A stretch of DNA of 64,000 nt from the human T2T-CHM13v2.0 reference genome, Homo sapiens. Positions 12,277 through 27,200 of the stretch are shown in pieces (position 1 is the first letter of the stretch; the number at the start of each line of letters is the position of its first letter). The stretch lies in the NCBI RefSeq assembly GCF_009914755.1, contig NC_060946.1; one strand, given 5' to 3'. The notes beneath the pieces were generated by a model. That model made no database searches. It was not told the DNA's origin and was given only the letters and a program-made list of their open reading frames with translations. Both the position numbers and the translations under genes were made by a program.

Positions 12277-15200
12277 AGATATTCCCGTTTCCAACGAAAT
12301 CCTGAAATCTATCCAAATATCCCCTCGCAGATTCTACAAAAAGAGTGTTTCAAAACTGCTCTGTAAAAAGAAAGGTTCAACTCTGTTAGTTGAGTACACA
12401 CATCACAAACAAGTTTCACAGAATGCTTCTTTCTAGCTTGTAGGGGAAGATATTCCCTTTATCACCATGGGCCTCCAACCGTCCGAAACATCCACTTCCA
12501 TATACTACAAAAAGAGCGTTTCAAACCTGCTCTAGGAAAGGCAATGTTCAACTCTGTGACTTGAATGCAGACATCACAGAGCAGTTTCTGAGAATGCTTC
12601 TGTCTAGATTTTATAGGAAGGTATTCCCGTTTCCAACGAAATCTTCACAGCTATCCAAATATCCACTTGCAGATTCTACAAAAAGAGTGTATCAAAACTG
12701 CTCTGTCAAAAGGAAGGTTCTTCTCTGTTAGGTGAGTGCATACGTCATAAAGGAGTTTCTGAGAATGTTTCTGTCTAGTGGTTATGGGAAGATATTTGCT
12801 TTTTCACCGTAGGCCTCAGAGCGCTCCAAATATCCACTTGCACATACTACAAAAAGAGTGCCTCAAAGCTGCTCTTTGAAACGGAATGTTCAACTCTATG
12901 AGTTGAATGCAAACATCACAAAGACGTTTCTGAGAATGCTTCTGTCTAGATTTGATATGAAGATATTCCCGTTTCCAACGAAATCTTCAAATCTATCCAA
13001 ATGTCCACTTGCAGATTCAACAAAAAGTGTTTTTCAGAACTGCTCTATCAAAAGAAAGATCCACCTCTGTTAGCTGAGTTCACACATCACAAACAAGTTT
13101 ATGAGAATGCTTCTGTCTAGTTTTTATTTGAAGATATTTCCTTTCTCACCATAGACCTGAAAGCTGTCCTAATGTTCACTTCCAGATACTACAGAAAGAG
13201 TGTTTCAAAACTGCTGTATGAAAGGGAATGTTCAACTCTGTGACTTGAATGCACACATCACAAAGAAGTTTCTGAGGATGCTGCTGTCTACTTTTTATAT
13301 GTAATCCCGTTTCCAATGAAATCCTCCAAGCTATCCAAATATCCACTTGCAGATTCCACAGAAAGACTGTTTCAAAACTGCTCTGTCAATAGAAAGGTAC
13401 AACTCTGTTAGCTGCGTGCATATATCCCAAAGAAGATTCTGAGATTGCTTCTGTCTAGTTTTTATGGGAAGATATTTCCCTTTTCACCGTAGGCGTCAAG
13501 GCGCTCCAAATGTCCACTTCCAGATACTACAAAAAGAGTGTTTCAAACCTACTCTGTGAAAGGGAATATTCAACTCTGTGACTTGAATGCACATATCACA
13601 AAGAAGTTTCTGAGAATGCTTCTGTCGAGATTTTATATGAAGATATTCTCGTTTCCAACGAAATCCTGAAATCTATCCAAATATCCCCTCGCAGATTCTA
13701 TAAAAAGAGAGTTTCAAAACTGCTCTGTAAAAAGAAAGGTTCAACTCTGTTAGTTGAGTACACACATCACAAACAAGTTTCACAGAATGCTTCTTTCTAG
13801 CTTGTAGGGGAAGATATTCCCTTTATCACCATGGGCCTCCAACCGTCCGAAACATCCACTTCCATATACTACAAAAAGAGCGTTTCAAACCTGCTCTATG
13901 AAAGGCAATGTTCAACTCTGTGACTTGAAAGCAGACATCACAGAGCAGTTTCTGAGAATGCTTCTGTCTAGATTTTATAGGAAGATATTCCCGTTTCCAA
14001 CGAAATCTTCACAGCTATCCAAATATCCACTTGCAGATTCTACAAAAAGAGTGTATCAAAACTGCTCTGTCAAAAGGAAGGTTCTTCTCTGTTAGGTGAG
14101 TGCATACGTCATAAAGGAGTTTCTGAGAATGTTTCTGTCTAGTGGTTATGGGAAGATATTTGCTTTTTCACCGTAGGCCTCAGAGCGCTCCAAATATCCA
14201 CTTGCACATACTACAAAAAGAGTGCCTCAAAGCTGCTCTCTGAAACGGAATGTTCAACTCTATGAGTTGAATGCAAACATCACAAAGACGTTTCTGAGAA
14301 TGCTTCTGTCTAGATTTGATATGAAGATATTCCCGTTTCCAACGAAATCTTCAAATCTATCCAAATGTCCACTTGCAGATTCAACAAAAAGTGTTTTTCA
14401 GAACTGCTCTATCAAAAGAAAGATCCACCTCTGTTAGCTGAGTTCACACATCACAAACAAGTTTATGAGAATGCTTCTGTCTAGTTTTTATTTGAAGATA
14501 TTTCCTTTCTCACCATAGACCTGAAAGCTGTCCTAATGTTCACTTCCAGATACTACAGAAAGAGTGTTTCAAAACTGCTGTACGAAAGGGAATGTTCAAC
14601 CCTGTGACTTGAATGCACACATCACAAAGAAGTTTCTGAGGATGCTGCTGTCTACTTTTTATACGTAATCCCGTTTCCAACGAAATCCTCCAAGCTATCC
14701 AAATATCCACTTGCAGATTCCACAGAAAGACTGTTTCAAAACTGCTCTGTCAATAGAAAGGTTCAACTCTGTTAGCTGCGTGCATATATCCCAAAGAAGA
14801 TTCTGAGATTGCTTCTGTCTAGTTTTTATGGGAAGATATTTCCCTTTTCACCGTAGGCGTCAAGGCGCTCCAAATGTCCACTTCCAGATACTACAAAAAG
14901 AGTGTTTCAAACCTACTCTGTGAAAGGGAATATTCAACTCTGTGACTTGAATGCACATATCACAAAGAAGTCTCTGAGAATGCTTCTGTCGAGATTTTAT
15001 ATGAAGATATTCCCGTTTCCAACGAAATCCTGAAATCTATCCAAATATCCCCTCGCAGATTCTACAAAAAGAGTGTTTCAAAACTGCTCTGTAAAAAGAA
15101 AGGTTCAACTCTGTTAGTTGAGTACACACATCACAAACAAGTTTCACAGAATGCTTCTTTCTAGCTTGTAGGGGAAGATATTCCCTTTATCACCATGGTC

Positions 15201-18200
15201 CTCCAACCGTCCGAAACGTCCACTTCCATATACTACAAAAAGAGCGTTTCAAACCTGCTCTAGGAAAGGCAATGTTCAACTCTGTGACTTGAATGCAGAC
15301 ATCACAGAGCAGTTTCTGAGAATGCTTCTGTCTAGATTTTATAGGAAGATATTCCCGTTTCCAACGAAATCTTCACAGCTATCCAAATATCCACTTGCAG
15401 ATTCTACAAAAAGAGTGTATCAAAACTGCTCTGTCAAAAGGAAGGTTCTTCTCTGTTAGGTGAGTGCATACGTCATAAAGGAGTTTCTGAGAATGTTTCT
15501 GTCTAGTGGTTATGGGAAGATATTTGCTTTTTCACCGTAGGCCTCAGAGCGCTCCAAATATCCACTTGCACATACTACAAAAAGAGTGCCTCAAAGCTGC
15601 TCTCTGAAACGGAATGTTCAACTCTATGAGTTGAATGCAAACATCACAAAGACGTTTCTGAGAATGCTTCTGTCTAGATTTGATATGAAGATATTCCCGT
15701 TTCCAACGAAATCTTCAAATCTATCCAAATGTCCACTTGCATAATCAACAAAAAGTGTTTTTCAGAACTGCTCTATCAAAAGAAAGATCCACCTCTGTTA
15801 GCTGAGTTCACACATCACAAACAAGTTTATGAGAATGCTTCTGTCTAGTTTTTATTTGAAGATATTTCCTTTCTCACCATAGACCTGAAAGCTGTCCTAA
15901 TGTTCACTTCCAGATACTACAGAAAGAGTGTTTCAAAACTGCTGTACGAAAGGGAATGTTCAACTCTGTGACTTGAATGCACACATCACAAAGAAGTTTC
16001 TGAGGATGCTGCTGTCTACTTTTTATACGTAATCCCGTTTCCAACGAAATCCTCCAAGCTATCCAAATATCCACTTGCAGATTCCACAGAAAGACTGTTT
16101 CAAAACTGCTCTGTCAATAGAAAGGTTCAACTCTGTTAGCTGCGTGCATATATCCCAAAGAAGATTCTGAGATTGCTTCTGTCTAGTTTTTATGGGAAGA
16201 TATTTCCCTTTTCACCGTAGGCGTCAAGGCGCTCCAAATGTCCACTTCCAGATACTACAAAAAGAGTGTTTCAAACCTACTCTGTGAAAGCGAATATTCA
16301 ACTCTGTGACTTGAATGCACATATCACAAAGAAGTTTCTGAGAATGCTTCTGTCGAGATTTTATATGAAGATATTCCCGTTTCCAACGAAATCCTGAAAT
16401 CTATCCAAATATCCCCTCGCAGATTCTACAAAAAGAGTGTTTCAAAACTGCTCTGTAAAAAGAAAGGTTCAACTCTGTTACTTGAGTACACACATCACAA
16501 ACAAGTTTCACAGAATGCTTCTTTCTATCTTGTAGGGGAAGATATTCCCTTTATCACCATGGGCCTCCAACCGTCCGAAACGTCCACTTCCACATACTAC
16601 AAAAAGAGCGTTTCAAACCTGCTCTAGGAAAGGCAATGTTCAACTCTGTGACTTGAATGCAGACATCACAGAGCAGTTTCTGAGAATGCTTCTGTCTAGA
16701 TTTTATAGGAAGATATTCTCGTTTCCAACGAAATCTTCACAGCTATCCAAATATCCACTTGCAGATTCTACAAAAAGAGTGTATCAAAACTGCTCTGTCA
16801 AAAGGAAGGTTCTTCTCTGTTAGGTGAGTGCATACGTCATAAAGGAGTTTCTGAGAATGTTTCTGTCTAGTGGTTATGGGAAGATATTTGCTTTTTCACC
16901 GTAGGCCTCAGAGCGCTCCAAATATCCACTTGCACATACAACAAAAAGAGTGCCTCAAAGCTGCTCTTTGAAACGGAATGTTCAACTCTATGAGTTGAAT
17001 GCAAACATCACAAAGACGTTTCTGAGAATGCTTCTGTCTAGATTTGATATGAAGATATTCCCGTTTCCAAAGAAATCTTCAAATCTATCCAAATGTCCAC
17101 TTGCAGATTCAACAAAAAGTGTTTTTCAGAACTGCTCTATCAAAAGAAAGATCCACCTCTGTTAGCTGAGTTCACACATCACAAACAAGTTTATGAGAAT
17201 GCTTCTGTCTAGTTTTTATTTGAAGATATTTCCTTTCTCACCATAGACCTGAAAGCTGTCCTAATGTTCACTTCCAGATACTACAGAAAGAGTGTTTCAA
17301 AACTGCTGTATGAAAGGGAATGTTCAACTCTGTGACTTGAATGCACACATCACAAAGAAGTTTCTGAGGATGCTGCTGTCTACTTTTTATATGTAATCCC
17401 GTTTCCAACGAAATCCTCCAAGCTATCCAAATATCCACTTGCAGATTCCACAGAAAGACTGTTTCAAAACTGCTCTGTCAATAGAACGGTTCAACTCTGT
17501 TAGCTGCGTGCATATATCCCAAAGAAGATTCTGAGATTGCTTCTGTCTAGTTTTTATGGGAAGATATTTCCCTTTTCACCGTAGGCGTCAAGGCGCTCCA
17601 AATGTCCACTTCCAGATACTACAAAAAGAGTGTTTCAAACCTACTCTGTGAAAGCGAATATTCAACTCTGTGACTTGAATGCACATATCACAAAGAAGTT
17701 TCTGAGAATGCTTCTGTCGAGATTTTATATGAAGATATTCCCGTTTCCAACGAAATCCTGAAATCTATCCAAATATCCCCTCGCAGATTCTACAAAAAGA
17801 GTGTTTCAAAACTGCTCTGTAAAAAGAAAGGTTCAACTCTGTTAGTTGAGTACACACATCACAAACAAGTTTCACAGAATGCTTCTTTCTAGCTTGTAGG
17901 GGAAGATATTCCCTTTATCACCATGGGCCTCCAACCGTCCGAAACGTCCACTTCCATATACTACAAAAAGAGCGTTTCAAACCTGCTCTAGGAAAGGCAA
18001 TGTTCAACTCTGTGACTTGAATGCAGACATCACAGAGCAGTTTCTGAGAATGCTTCTGTCTAGATTTTATAGGAAGATATTCCCGTTTCCAACGAAATCT
18101 TCACAGCTATCCAAATATCCACTTGCAGATTCTACAAAAAGAGTGTATCAAAACTGCTCTGTCAAAAGGAAGGTTCTTCTCTGTTAGGTGAGTGCATACG

Positions 18201-21200
18201 TCATAAAGGAGTTTCTGAGAATGTTTCTGTCTAGTGGTTATGGGAAGATATTTGCTTTTTCACCATAGGCCTCAGAGCGCTCCAAATATCCACTTGCACA
18301 TACTACAAAAAGTGCCTCAAAGCTGCTCTTTGAAACGGAATGTTCAACTCTATGAGTTGAATGCAAACATCACAAAGACATTTCTGAGAATGCTTCTGTC
18401 TAGATTTGATATGAAGATATTCCCGTTTCCAACGAAATCTTCAAATCTATCCAAATGTCCACTTGCAGATTCAACAAAAAGTGTTTTTCAGAACTGCTCT
18501 ATCAAAAGAAAGATCCACCTCTGTTAGCTGAGTTCACACATCACAAACAAGTTTATGAGAATGCTTCTGTCTAGTTTTTATTTGAAGATATTTCCTTTCT
18601 CACCATAGACCTGAAAGCTGTCCTAATGTTCACTTCCAGATACTACAGAAAGAGTGTTTCAAAACTGCTGTACGAAAGGGAATGTTGAACTCTGTGACTT
18701 GAATGCACACATCACAAAGAAGTTTCTGAGGATGCTGCTGTCTACTTTTTATACGTAATCCCGTTTCCAACGAAATCCTCCAAGCTATCCAAATATCCAC
18801 TTGCAGATTCCACAGAAAGACTGTTTCAAAACTGCTCTGTCAATAGAAAGGTTCAACTCTTTTAGCTGCGTGAATATATCCCAAAGAAGATTCTGAGATA
18901 GCTTCTGTCTAGTTTTTATGGGAAGATATTTCCCTTTTCACCGTAGGCGTCAAGGCGCTCCAAATGTCCACTTCCAGATACTACAAAAAGAGTGTTTCAA
19001 ACCTACTCTGTGAAAGGGAATATTCAACTCTGTGACTTGAATGCACATATCACAAAGAAGTTTCTGAGAATGCTTCTGTCGAGATTTTATATGAAGATAT
19101 TCCCGTTTCCAACGAAATCCTGAAATCTATCCAAATATCCCCTCGCAGATTCTACAAAAAGAGTGTTTCAAAACTGCTCTGTAAAAAGAAAGGTTCAACT
19201 CTGTTACTTGAGTACACACATCACAAACAAGTTTCACAGAATGCTTCTTTCTAGCTTGTAGGGGAAGTTATTCCCTTTATCACCATGGTCCTCAAACCGT
19301 CCGAAACGTCCACTTCCATATACTACAAAAAGAGCGTTTCAAACCTGCTCTAGGAAAGGCAATGTTCAACTCTGTGACTTGAATGCAGACATCACAGAGC
19401 AGTTTCTGAGAATGCTTCTGTCTAGATTTTATAGGAAGATATTCCCGTTTCCAACGAAATCTTCACAGCTATCCAAGTATCCACTTGCAGATTCTACAAA
19501 AAGAGTGTATCAAAACTGCTCTGTCAAAAGGAAGGTTCTTCTCTGTTAGGTGAGTGCATACGTCATAAAGGAGTTTCTGAGAATGTTTCTGTCTTGTGGT
19601 TATGGGAAGATATTTGCTTTTTCACCGTAGGCCTCAGAGCGCTCCAAATATCCACTTGCACATACTACAAAAAGAGTGCCTCAAAGCTGCTCTCTGAAAC
19701 GGAATGTTCAACTCTATGAGTTGAATGCAAACATCACAAAGACGTTTCTGAGAATGCTTCTGTCTAGATTTGATATGAAGATATTCCCGTTTCCAACGAA
19801 ATCTTCAAATCTATCCAAATGTCCACTTGCATAATCAACAAAAAGTGTTTTTCAGAACTGCTCTATCAAAAGAAAGATCCACCTCTGTTAGCTGAGTTCA
19901 CACATCACAAACAAGTTTATGAGAATGCTTCTGTCTAGTTTTTATTTGAAGATATTTCCTTTCTCACCATAGACCTGAAAGCTGTCCTAATGTTCACTTC
20001 CAGATACTACAGAAAGAGTGTTTCAAAACTGCTGTATGAAAGGGAATGTTCAACTCTGTGACTTGAATGCACACATCACAAAGAAATTTCTGAGGATGCT
20101 GCTGTCTACTTTTTATATGTAATCCCGTTTCCAATGAAATCCTCCAAGCTATCCAAATATCCACTTGCAGATTCCACAGAAAGACTGTTTCAAAACTGCT
20201 CTGTCAATAGAAAGGTACAACTCTGTTATCTGCGTGCATATATCCCAAAGAAGATTCTGAGATTGCTTCTGTCTAGTTTTTATGGGAAGATATTTCCCTT
20301 TTCACCGTAGGCGTCAAGGCGCTCCAAATGTCCACTTCCAGATACTACAAAAAGAGTGTTTCAAACCTACTCTGTGAAAGGGAATATTCAACTCTGTGAC
20401 TTGAATGCACATATCACAAAGAAGTTTCTGAGAATGCTTCTGTCGAGATTTTATATGAAGATATTCCCGTTTCCAACGAAATCCTGAAATCTATCCAAAT
20501 ATCCCCTCGCAGATTCTACAAAAAGAGAGTTTCAAAACTGCTCTGTAAAAAGAAAGGTTCAACTCTGTTAGTTGAGTACACACATCACAAACAAGTTTCA
20601 CAGAATGCTTCTTTCTAGCTTGTAGGGGAAGATATTCCCTTTATCACCATGGGCCTCCAACCGTCCGAAACATCCACTTCCATATACTACAAAAAGAGCG
20701 TTTCAAACCTGCTCTAGGAAAGGCAATGTTCAACTCTGTGACTTGAAAGCAGACATCACAGAGCAGTTTCTGAGAATGCTTCTGTCTAGATTTTATAGGA
20801 AGATATTCCCGTTTCCAACGAAATCTTCACAGCTATCCAAATATCCACTTGCAGATTCTACAAAAAGAGTGTATCAAAACTGCTCTGTCAAAAGGAAGGT
20901 TCTTCTCTGTTAGGTGAGTGCATACGTCATAAAGGAGTTTCTGAGAATGTTTCTGTCTAGTGGTTATGGGAAGATATTTGCTTTTTCACCGTAGGCCTCA
21001 GAGCGCTCCAAATATCCACTTGCACATACTACAAAAAGAGTGCCTCAAAGCTGCTCTCTGAAACGGAATGTTCAACTCTATGAGTTGAATGCAAACATCA
21101 CAAAGACGTTTCTGAGAATGCTTCTGTCTAGATTTGATATGAAGATATTCCCGTTTCCAACGAAATCTTCAAATCTATCCAAATGTCCACTTGCATAATC

Positions 21201-24200
21201 AACAAAAAGTGTTTTTCAGAACTGCTCTATCAAAAGAAAGATCCACCTCTGTTAGCTGAGTTCACACATCACAAACAAGTTTATGAGAATGCTTCTGTCT
21301 AGTTTTTATTTGAAGATATTTCCTTTCTCACCATAGACCTGAAAGCTGTCCTAATGTTCACTTCCAGATACTACAGAAAGAGTGTTTCAAAACTGCTGTA
21401 CGAAAGGGAATGTTCAACTCTGTGACTTGAATGCACACATCACAAAGAAGTTTCTGAGGATGCTGCTGTCTACTTTTTATACGTAATCCCGTTTCCAACG
21501 AAATCCTCCAAGCTATCCAAATATCCACTTGCAGATTCCACAGAAAGACTGTTTCAAAACTGCTCTGTCAATAGAAAGGTTCAACTCTGTTAGCTGCGTG
21601 CATATATCCCAAAGAAGATTCTGAGATTGCTTCTGTCTAGTTTTTATGGGAAGATATTTCCCTTTTCACCGTAGGCGTCAAGGCGCTCCAAATGTCCACT
21701 TCCAGATACTACAAAAAGAGTGTTTCAAACCTACTCTGTGAAAGGGAATATTCAACTCTGTGACTTGAATGCACATATCACAAAGAAGTTTCTGAGAATG
21801 CTTCTGTCGAGATTTTATATGAAGATATTCCCGTTTCCAACGAAATCCTGAAATCTATCCAAATATCCCCTCGCAGATTCTACAAAAAGAGTGTTTCAAA
21901 ACTGCTCTGTAAAAGGAAAGGTTCAACTCTGTTAGTTGAGTACACACATCACAAACAAGTTTCACAGAATGCTTCTTTCTAGCTTGAAGGGGAAGATATT
22001 CCCTTTATCACCATGGGCCTCCAACCGTCCGAAACGTCCACTTCCATATACTACCAAAAGAGCGTTTCAAACCTGCTCTAGGAAAGGCAATGTTCAACTC
22101 TGTGACTTGAATGCAGACATCACAGAGCAGTTTCTGAGAATGCTTCTGTCTAGATTTTATAGGAAGATATTCCCGTTTCCAACGAAATCTTCACAGCTAT
22201 CCAAATATCCACTTGCAGATTCTACAAAAAGAGTGTATCAAAACTGCTCTGTCAAAAGGAAGGTTCTTCTCTGTTAGGTGAGTGCATACGTCATAAAGGA
22301 GTTTCTGAGAATGTTTCTGTCTAGTGGTTATGGGAAGATATTTGCTTTTTCACCGTAGGCCTCAGAGCGCTCCAAATATCCACTTGCACATACAACAAAA
22401 AGAGTGCCTCAAAGCTGCTCTTTGAAACGGAATGTTCAACTCTATGAGTTGAATGCAAACATCACAAAGACGTTTCTGAGAATGCTTCTGTCTAGATATG
22501 ATATGAAGATATTCCCGTTTCCAACGAAATCTTCAAATCTATCCAAATGTCCACTTGCAGATTCAACAAAAAGTGTTTTTCAGAACTGCTCTATCAAAAG
22601 AAAGATCCACCTCTGTTAGCTGAGTTCACACATCACAAACAAGTTTATGAGAATGCTTCTGTCTAGTTTTTATTTGAAGATATTTCCTTTCTCACCATAG
22701 ACCTGAAAGCTGTCCTAATGTTCACTTCCAGATACTACAGAAAGAGTGTTTCAAAACTGCTGTACGAAAGGGAATGTTCAACTCTGTGACTTGAATGCAC
22801 ACATCACAAAGAAGTTTCTGAGGATGCTGCTGTCTACTTTTTATATGTAATCCCGTTTCCAACGAAATCCTCCAAGCTATCCAAATATCCACTTGCAGAT
22901 TCCACAGAAAGACTGTTTCAAAACTGCTCTGTCAATAGAACGGTTCAACTCTGTTAGCTGCGTGCATATATCCCAAAGAAGATTCTGAGATTGCTTCTGT
23001 CTAGTTTTTATGGGAAGATATTTCCCTTTTCACCGTAGGTGTCAAGGCGCTCCAAATGTCCACTTCCAGATACTACAAAAAGAGTGTTTCAAACCTACTC
23101 TGTGAAAGCGAATATTCAACTCTGTGACTTGAATGCACATATCACAAAGAAGTTTCTGAGAATGCTTCTGTCGAGATTTTATATGAAGATATTCCCGTTT
23201 CCAACGAAATCCTGAAATCTATCCAAATATCCCCTCGCAGATTCTACAAAAAGAGTGTTTCAAAACTGCTCTGTAAAAAGAAAGGTTCAACTCTGTTAGT
23301 TGAGTACACACATCACAAACAAGTTTCACAGAATGCTTCTTTCTAGCTTGTAGGGGAAGATATTCCCTTTATCACCATGGGCCTCCAACCGTCCGAAACG
23401 TCCACTTCCATATACTACAAAAAGAGCGTTTCAAACCTGCTCTAGGAAAGGCAATGTTCAACTCTGTGACTTGAATACAGACATCACAGAGCAGTTTCTG
23501 AGAATGCTTCTGTCTAGATTTTATAGGAAGATATTCCCGTTTCCAACGAAATCTTCACAGCTATCCAAATATCCACTTGCAGATTCTACAAAAAGAGTGT
23601 ATCAAAACTGCTCTGTCAAAAGGAAGGTTCTTCTCTGTTAGGTGAGTGCATACGTCATAAAGGAGTTTCTGAGAATGTTTCTGTCTAGTGGTTATGGGAA
23701 GATATTTGCTTTTTCACCATAGGCCTCAGAGCGCTCCAAATATCCACTTGCACATACTACAAAAAGAGTGCCTCAAAGCTGCTCTCTGAAACGGAATGTT
23801 CAACTCTATGAGTTGAATGCAAACATCACAAAGACGTTTCTGAGAATGCTTCTGTCTAGATTTGATATGAAGATATTCCCGTTTCCAACGAAATCTTCAA
23901 ATCTATCCAAATGTCCACTTGCAGATTCAACAAAAAGTGTTTTTCAGAACTGCTCTATCAAAAGAAAGATCCACCTCTGTTAGCTGAGTTCACACATCAC
24001 AAACAAGTTTATGAGAATGCTTCTGTCTAGTTTTTATTTGAAGATATTTCCTTTCTCACCATAGACCTGAAAGCTGTCCTAATGTTCACTTCCAGATACT
24101 ACAGAAAGAGTGTTTCAAAACTGCTGTACGAAAGGGAATGTTCAACTCTGTGACTTGAATGCACACATCACAAAGAAGTTTCTGAGGATGCTGCTGTCTA

Positions 24201-27200
24201 CTTTTTATACGTAATCCCGTTTCCAACGAAATCCTCCAAGCTATCCAAATATCCACTTGCAGATTCCACAGAAAGACTGTTTCAAAACTGCTCTGTCAAT
24301 AGAAAGGTTCAACTCTGTTAGCTGCGTGCATATATCCCAAAGAAGATTCTGAGATTGCTTCTGTCTAGTATTTATGGGAAGATATTTCCCTTTTCACCGT
24401 AGGCGTCAAGGCGCTCCAAATGTCCACTTCCAGATACTACAAAAAGAGTGTTTCAAACCTACTCTGTGAAAGGGAATATTCAACTCTGTGACTTGAATGC
24501 ACATATCACAAAGAAGTTTCTGAGAATGCTTCTGTCGAGATTTTATATGAAGATATTCCCGTTTCCAACGAAATCCTGAAATCTATCCAAATATCCCCTC
24601 GCAGATTCTACAAAAAGAGTGTTTCAAAACTGCTCTGTAAAAAGAAAGGTTCAACTCTGTTAGTTGAGTACACACATCACAAACAAGTTTCACAGAATGC
24701 TTCTTTCTAGCTTGTAGGGGAAGATATTCCCTTTATCACCATGGGCCTCCAACCGTCCGAAACATCCACTTCCATATACTACAAAAAGAGCGTTTCAAAC
24801 CTGCTCTAGGAAAGGCAATGTTCAACTCTGTGACTTGAATGCAGACATCACAGAGCAGTTTCTGAGAATGCTTCTGTCTAGATTTTATAGGAAGGTATTC
24901 CCGTTTCCAACGAAATCTTCACAGCTATCCAAATATCCACTTGCAGATTCTACAAAAAGAGTGTATCAAAACTGCTCTGTCAAAAGGAAGGTTCTTCTCT
25001 GTTAGGTGAGTGCATACGTCATAAAGGAGTTTCTGAGAATGTTTCTGTCTAGTGGTTATGGGAAGATATTTGCTTTTTCACCGTAGGCCTCAGAGCGCTC
25101 CAAATATCCACTTGCACATACTACAAAAAGAGTGCCTCAAAGCTGCTCTTTGAAACGGAATGTTCAACTCTATGAGTTGAATGCAAACATCACAAAGACG
25201 TTTCTGAGAATGCTTCTGTCTAGATTTGATATGAAGATATTCCCGTTTCCAACGAAATCTTCAAATCTATCCAAATGTCCACTTGCAGATTCAACAAAAA
25301 GTGTTTTTCAGAACTGCTCTATCAAAAGAAAGATCCACCTCTGTTAGCTGAGTTCACACATCACAAACAAGTTTATGAGAATGCTTCTGTCTAGTTTTTA
25401 TTTGAAGATATTTCCTTTCTCACCATAGACCTGAAAGCTGTCCTAATGTTCACTTCCAGATACTACAGAAAGAGTGTTTCAAAACTGCTGTATGAAAGGG
25501 AATGTTCAACTCTGTGACTTGAATGCACACATCACAAAGAAGTTTCTGAGGATGCTGCTGTCTACTTTTTATATGTAATCCCGTTTCCAATGAAATCCTC
25601 CAAGCTATCCAAATATCCACTTGCAGATTCCACAGAAAGACTGTTTCAAAACTGCTCTGTCAATAGAAAGGTACAACTCTGTTAGCTGCGTGCATATATC
25701 CCAAAGAAGATTATGAGATTGCTTCTGTCTAGTTTTTATGGGAAGATATTTCCCTTTTCACCGTAGGCGTCAAGGCGCTCCAAATGTCCACTTCCAGATA
25801 CTACAAAAAGAGTGTTTCAAACCTACTCTGTGAAAGGGAATATTCAACTCTGTGACTTGAATGCACATATCACAAAGAAGTTTCTGAGAATGCTTCTGTC
25901 GAGATTTTATATGAAGATATTCCCGTTTCCAACGAAATCCTGAAATCTATCCAAATATCCCCTCGCAGATTCTATAAAAAGAGAGTTTCAAAACTGCTCT
26001 GTAAAAAGAAAGGTTCAACTCTGTTAGTTGAGTACACACATCACAAACAAGTTTCACAGAATGCTTCTTTCTAGCTTGTAGGGGAAGATATTCCCTTTAT
26101 CACCATGGGCCTCCAACCGTCCGAAACATCCACTTCCATATACTACAAAAAGAGCGTTTCAAACCTGCTCTATGAAAGGCAATGTTCAACTCTGTGACTT
26201 GAAAGCAGACATCACAGAGCAGTTTCTGAGAATGCTTCTGTCTAGATTTTATAGGAAGATATTCCCGTTTCCAACGAAATCTTCACAGCTATCCAAATAT
26301 CCACTTGCAGATTCTACAAAAAGAGTGTATCAAAACTGCTCTGTCAAAAGGAAGGTTCTTCTCTGTTAGGTGAGTGCATACGTCATAAAGGAGTTTCTGA
26401 GAATGTTTCTGTCTAGTGGTTATGGGAAGATATTTGCTTTTTCACCGTAGGCCTCAGAGCGCTCCAAATATCCACTTGCACATACTACAAAAAGAGTGCC
26501 TCAAAGCTGCTCTCTGAAACGGAATGTTCAACTCTATGAGTTGAATGCAAACATCACAAAGACGTTTCTGAGAATGCTTCTGTCTAGATTTGATATGAAG
26601 ATATTCCCGTTTCCAACGAAATCTTCAAATCTATCCAAATGTCCACTTGCAGATTCAACAAAAAGTGTTTTTCAGAACTGCTCTATCAAAAGAAAGATCC
26701 ACCTCTGTTAGCTGAGTTCACACATCACAAACAAGTTTATGAGAATGCTTCTGTCTAGTTTTTATTTGAAGATATTTCCTTTCTCACCATAGACCTGAAA
26801 GCTGTCCTAATGTTCACTTCCAGATACTACAGAAAGAGTGTTTCAAAACTGCTGTACGAAAGGGAATGTTCAACCCTGTGACTTGAATGCACACATCACA
26901 AAGAAGTTTCTGAGGATGCTGCTGTCTACTTTTTATACGTAATCCCGTTTCCAACGAAATCCTCCAAGCTATCCAAATATCCACTTGCAGATTCCACAGA
27001 AAGACTGTTTCAAAACTGCTCTGTCAATAGAAAGGTTCAACTCTGTTAGCTGCGTGCATATATCCCAAAGAAGATTCTGAGATTGCTTCTGTCTAGTTTT
27101 TATGGGAAGATATTTCCATTTTCACCGTAGGCGTCAAGGCGCTCCAAATGTCCACTTCCAGATACTACAAAAAGAGTGTTTCAAACCTACTCTGTGAAAG

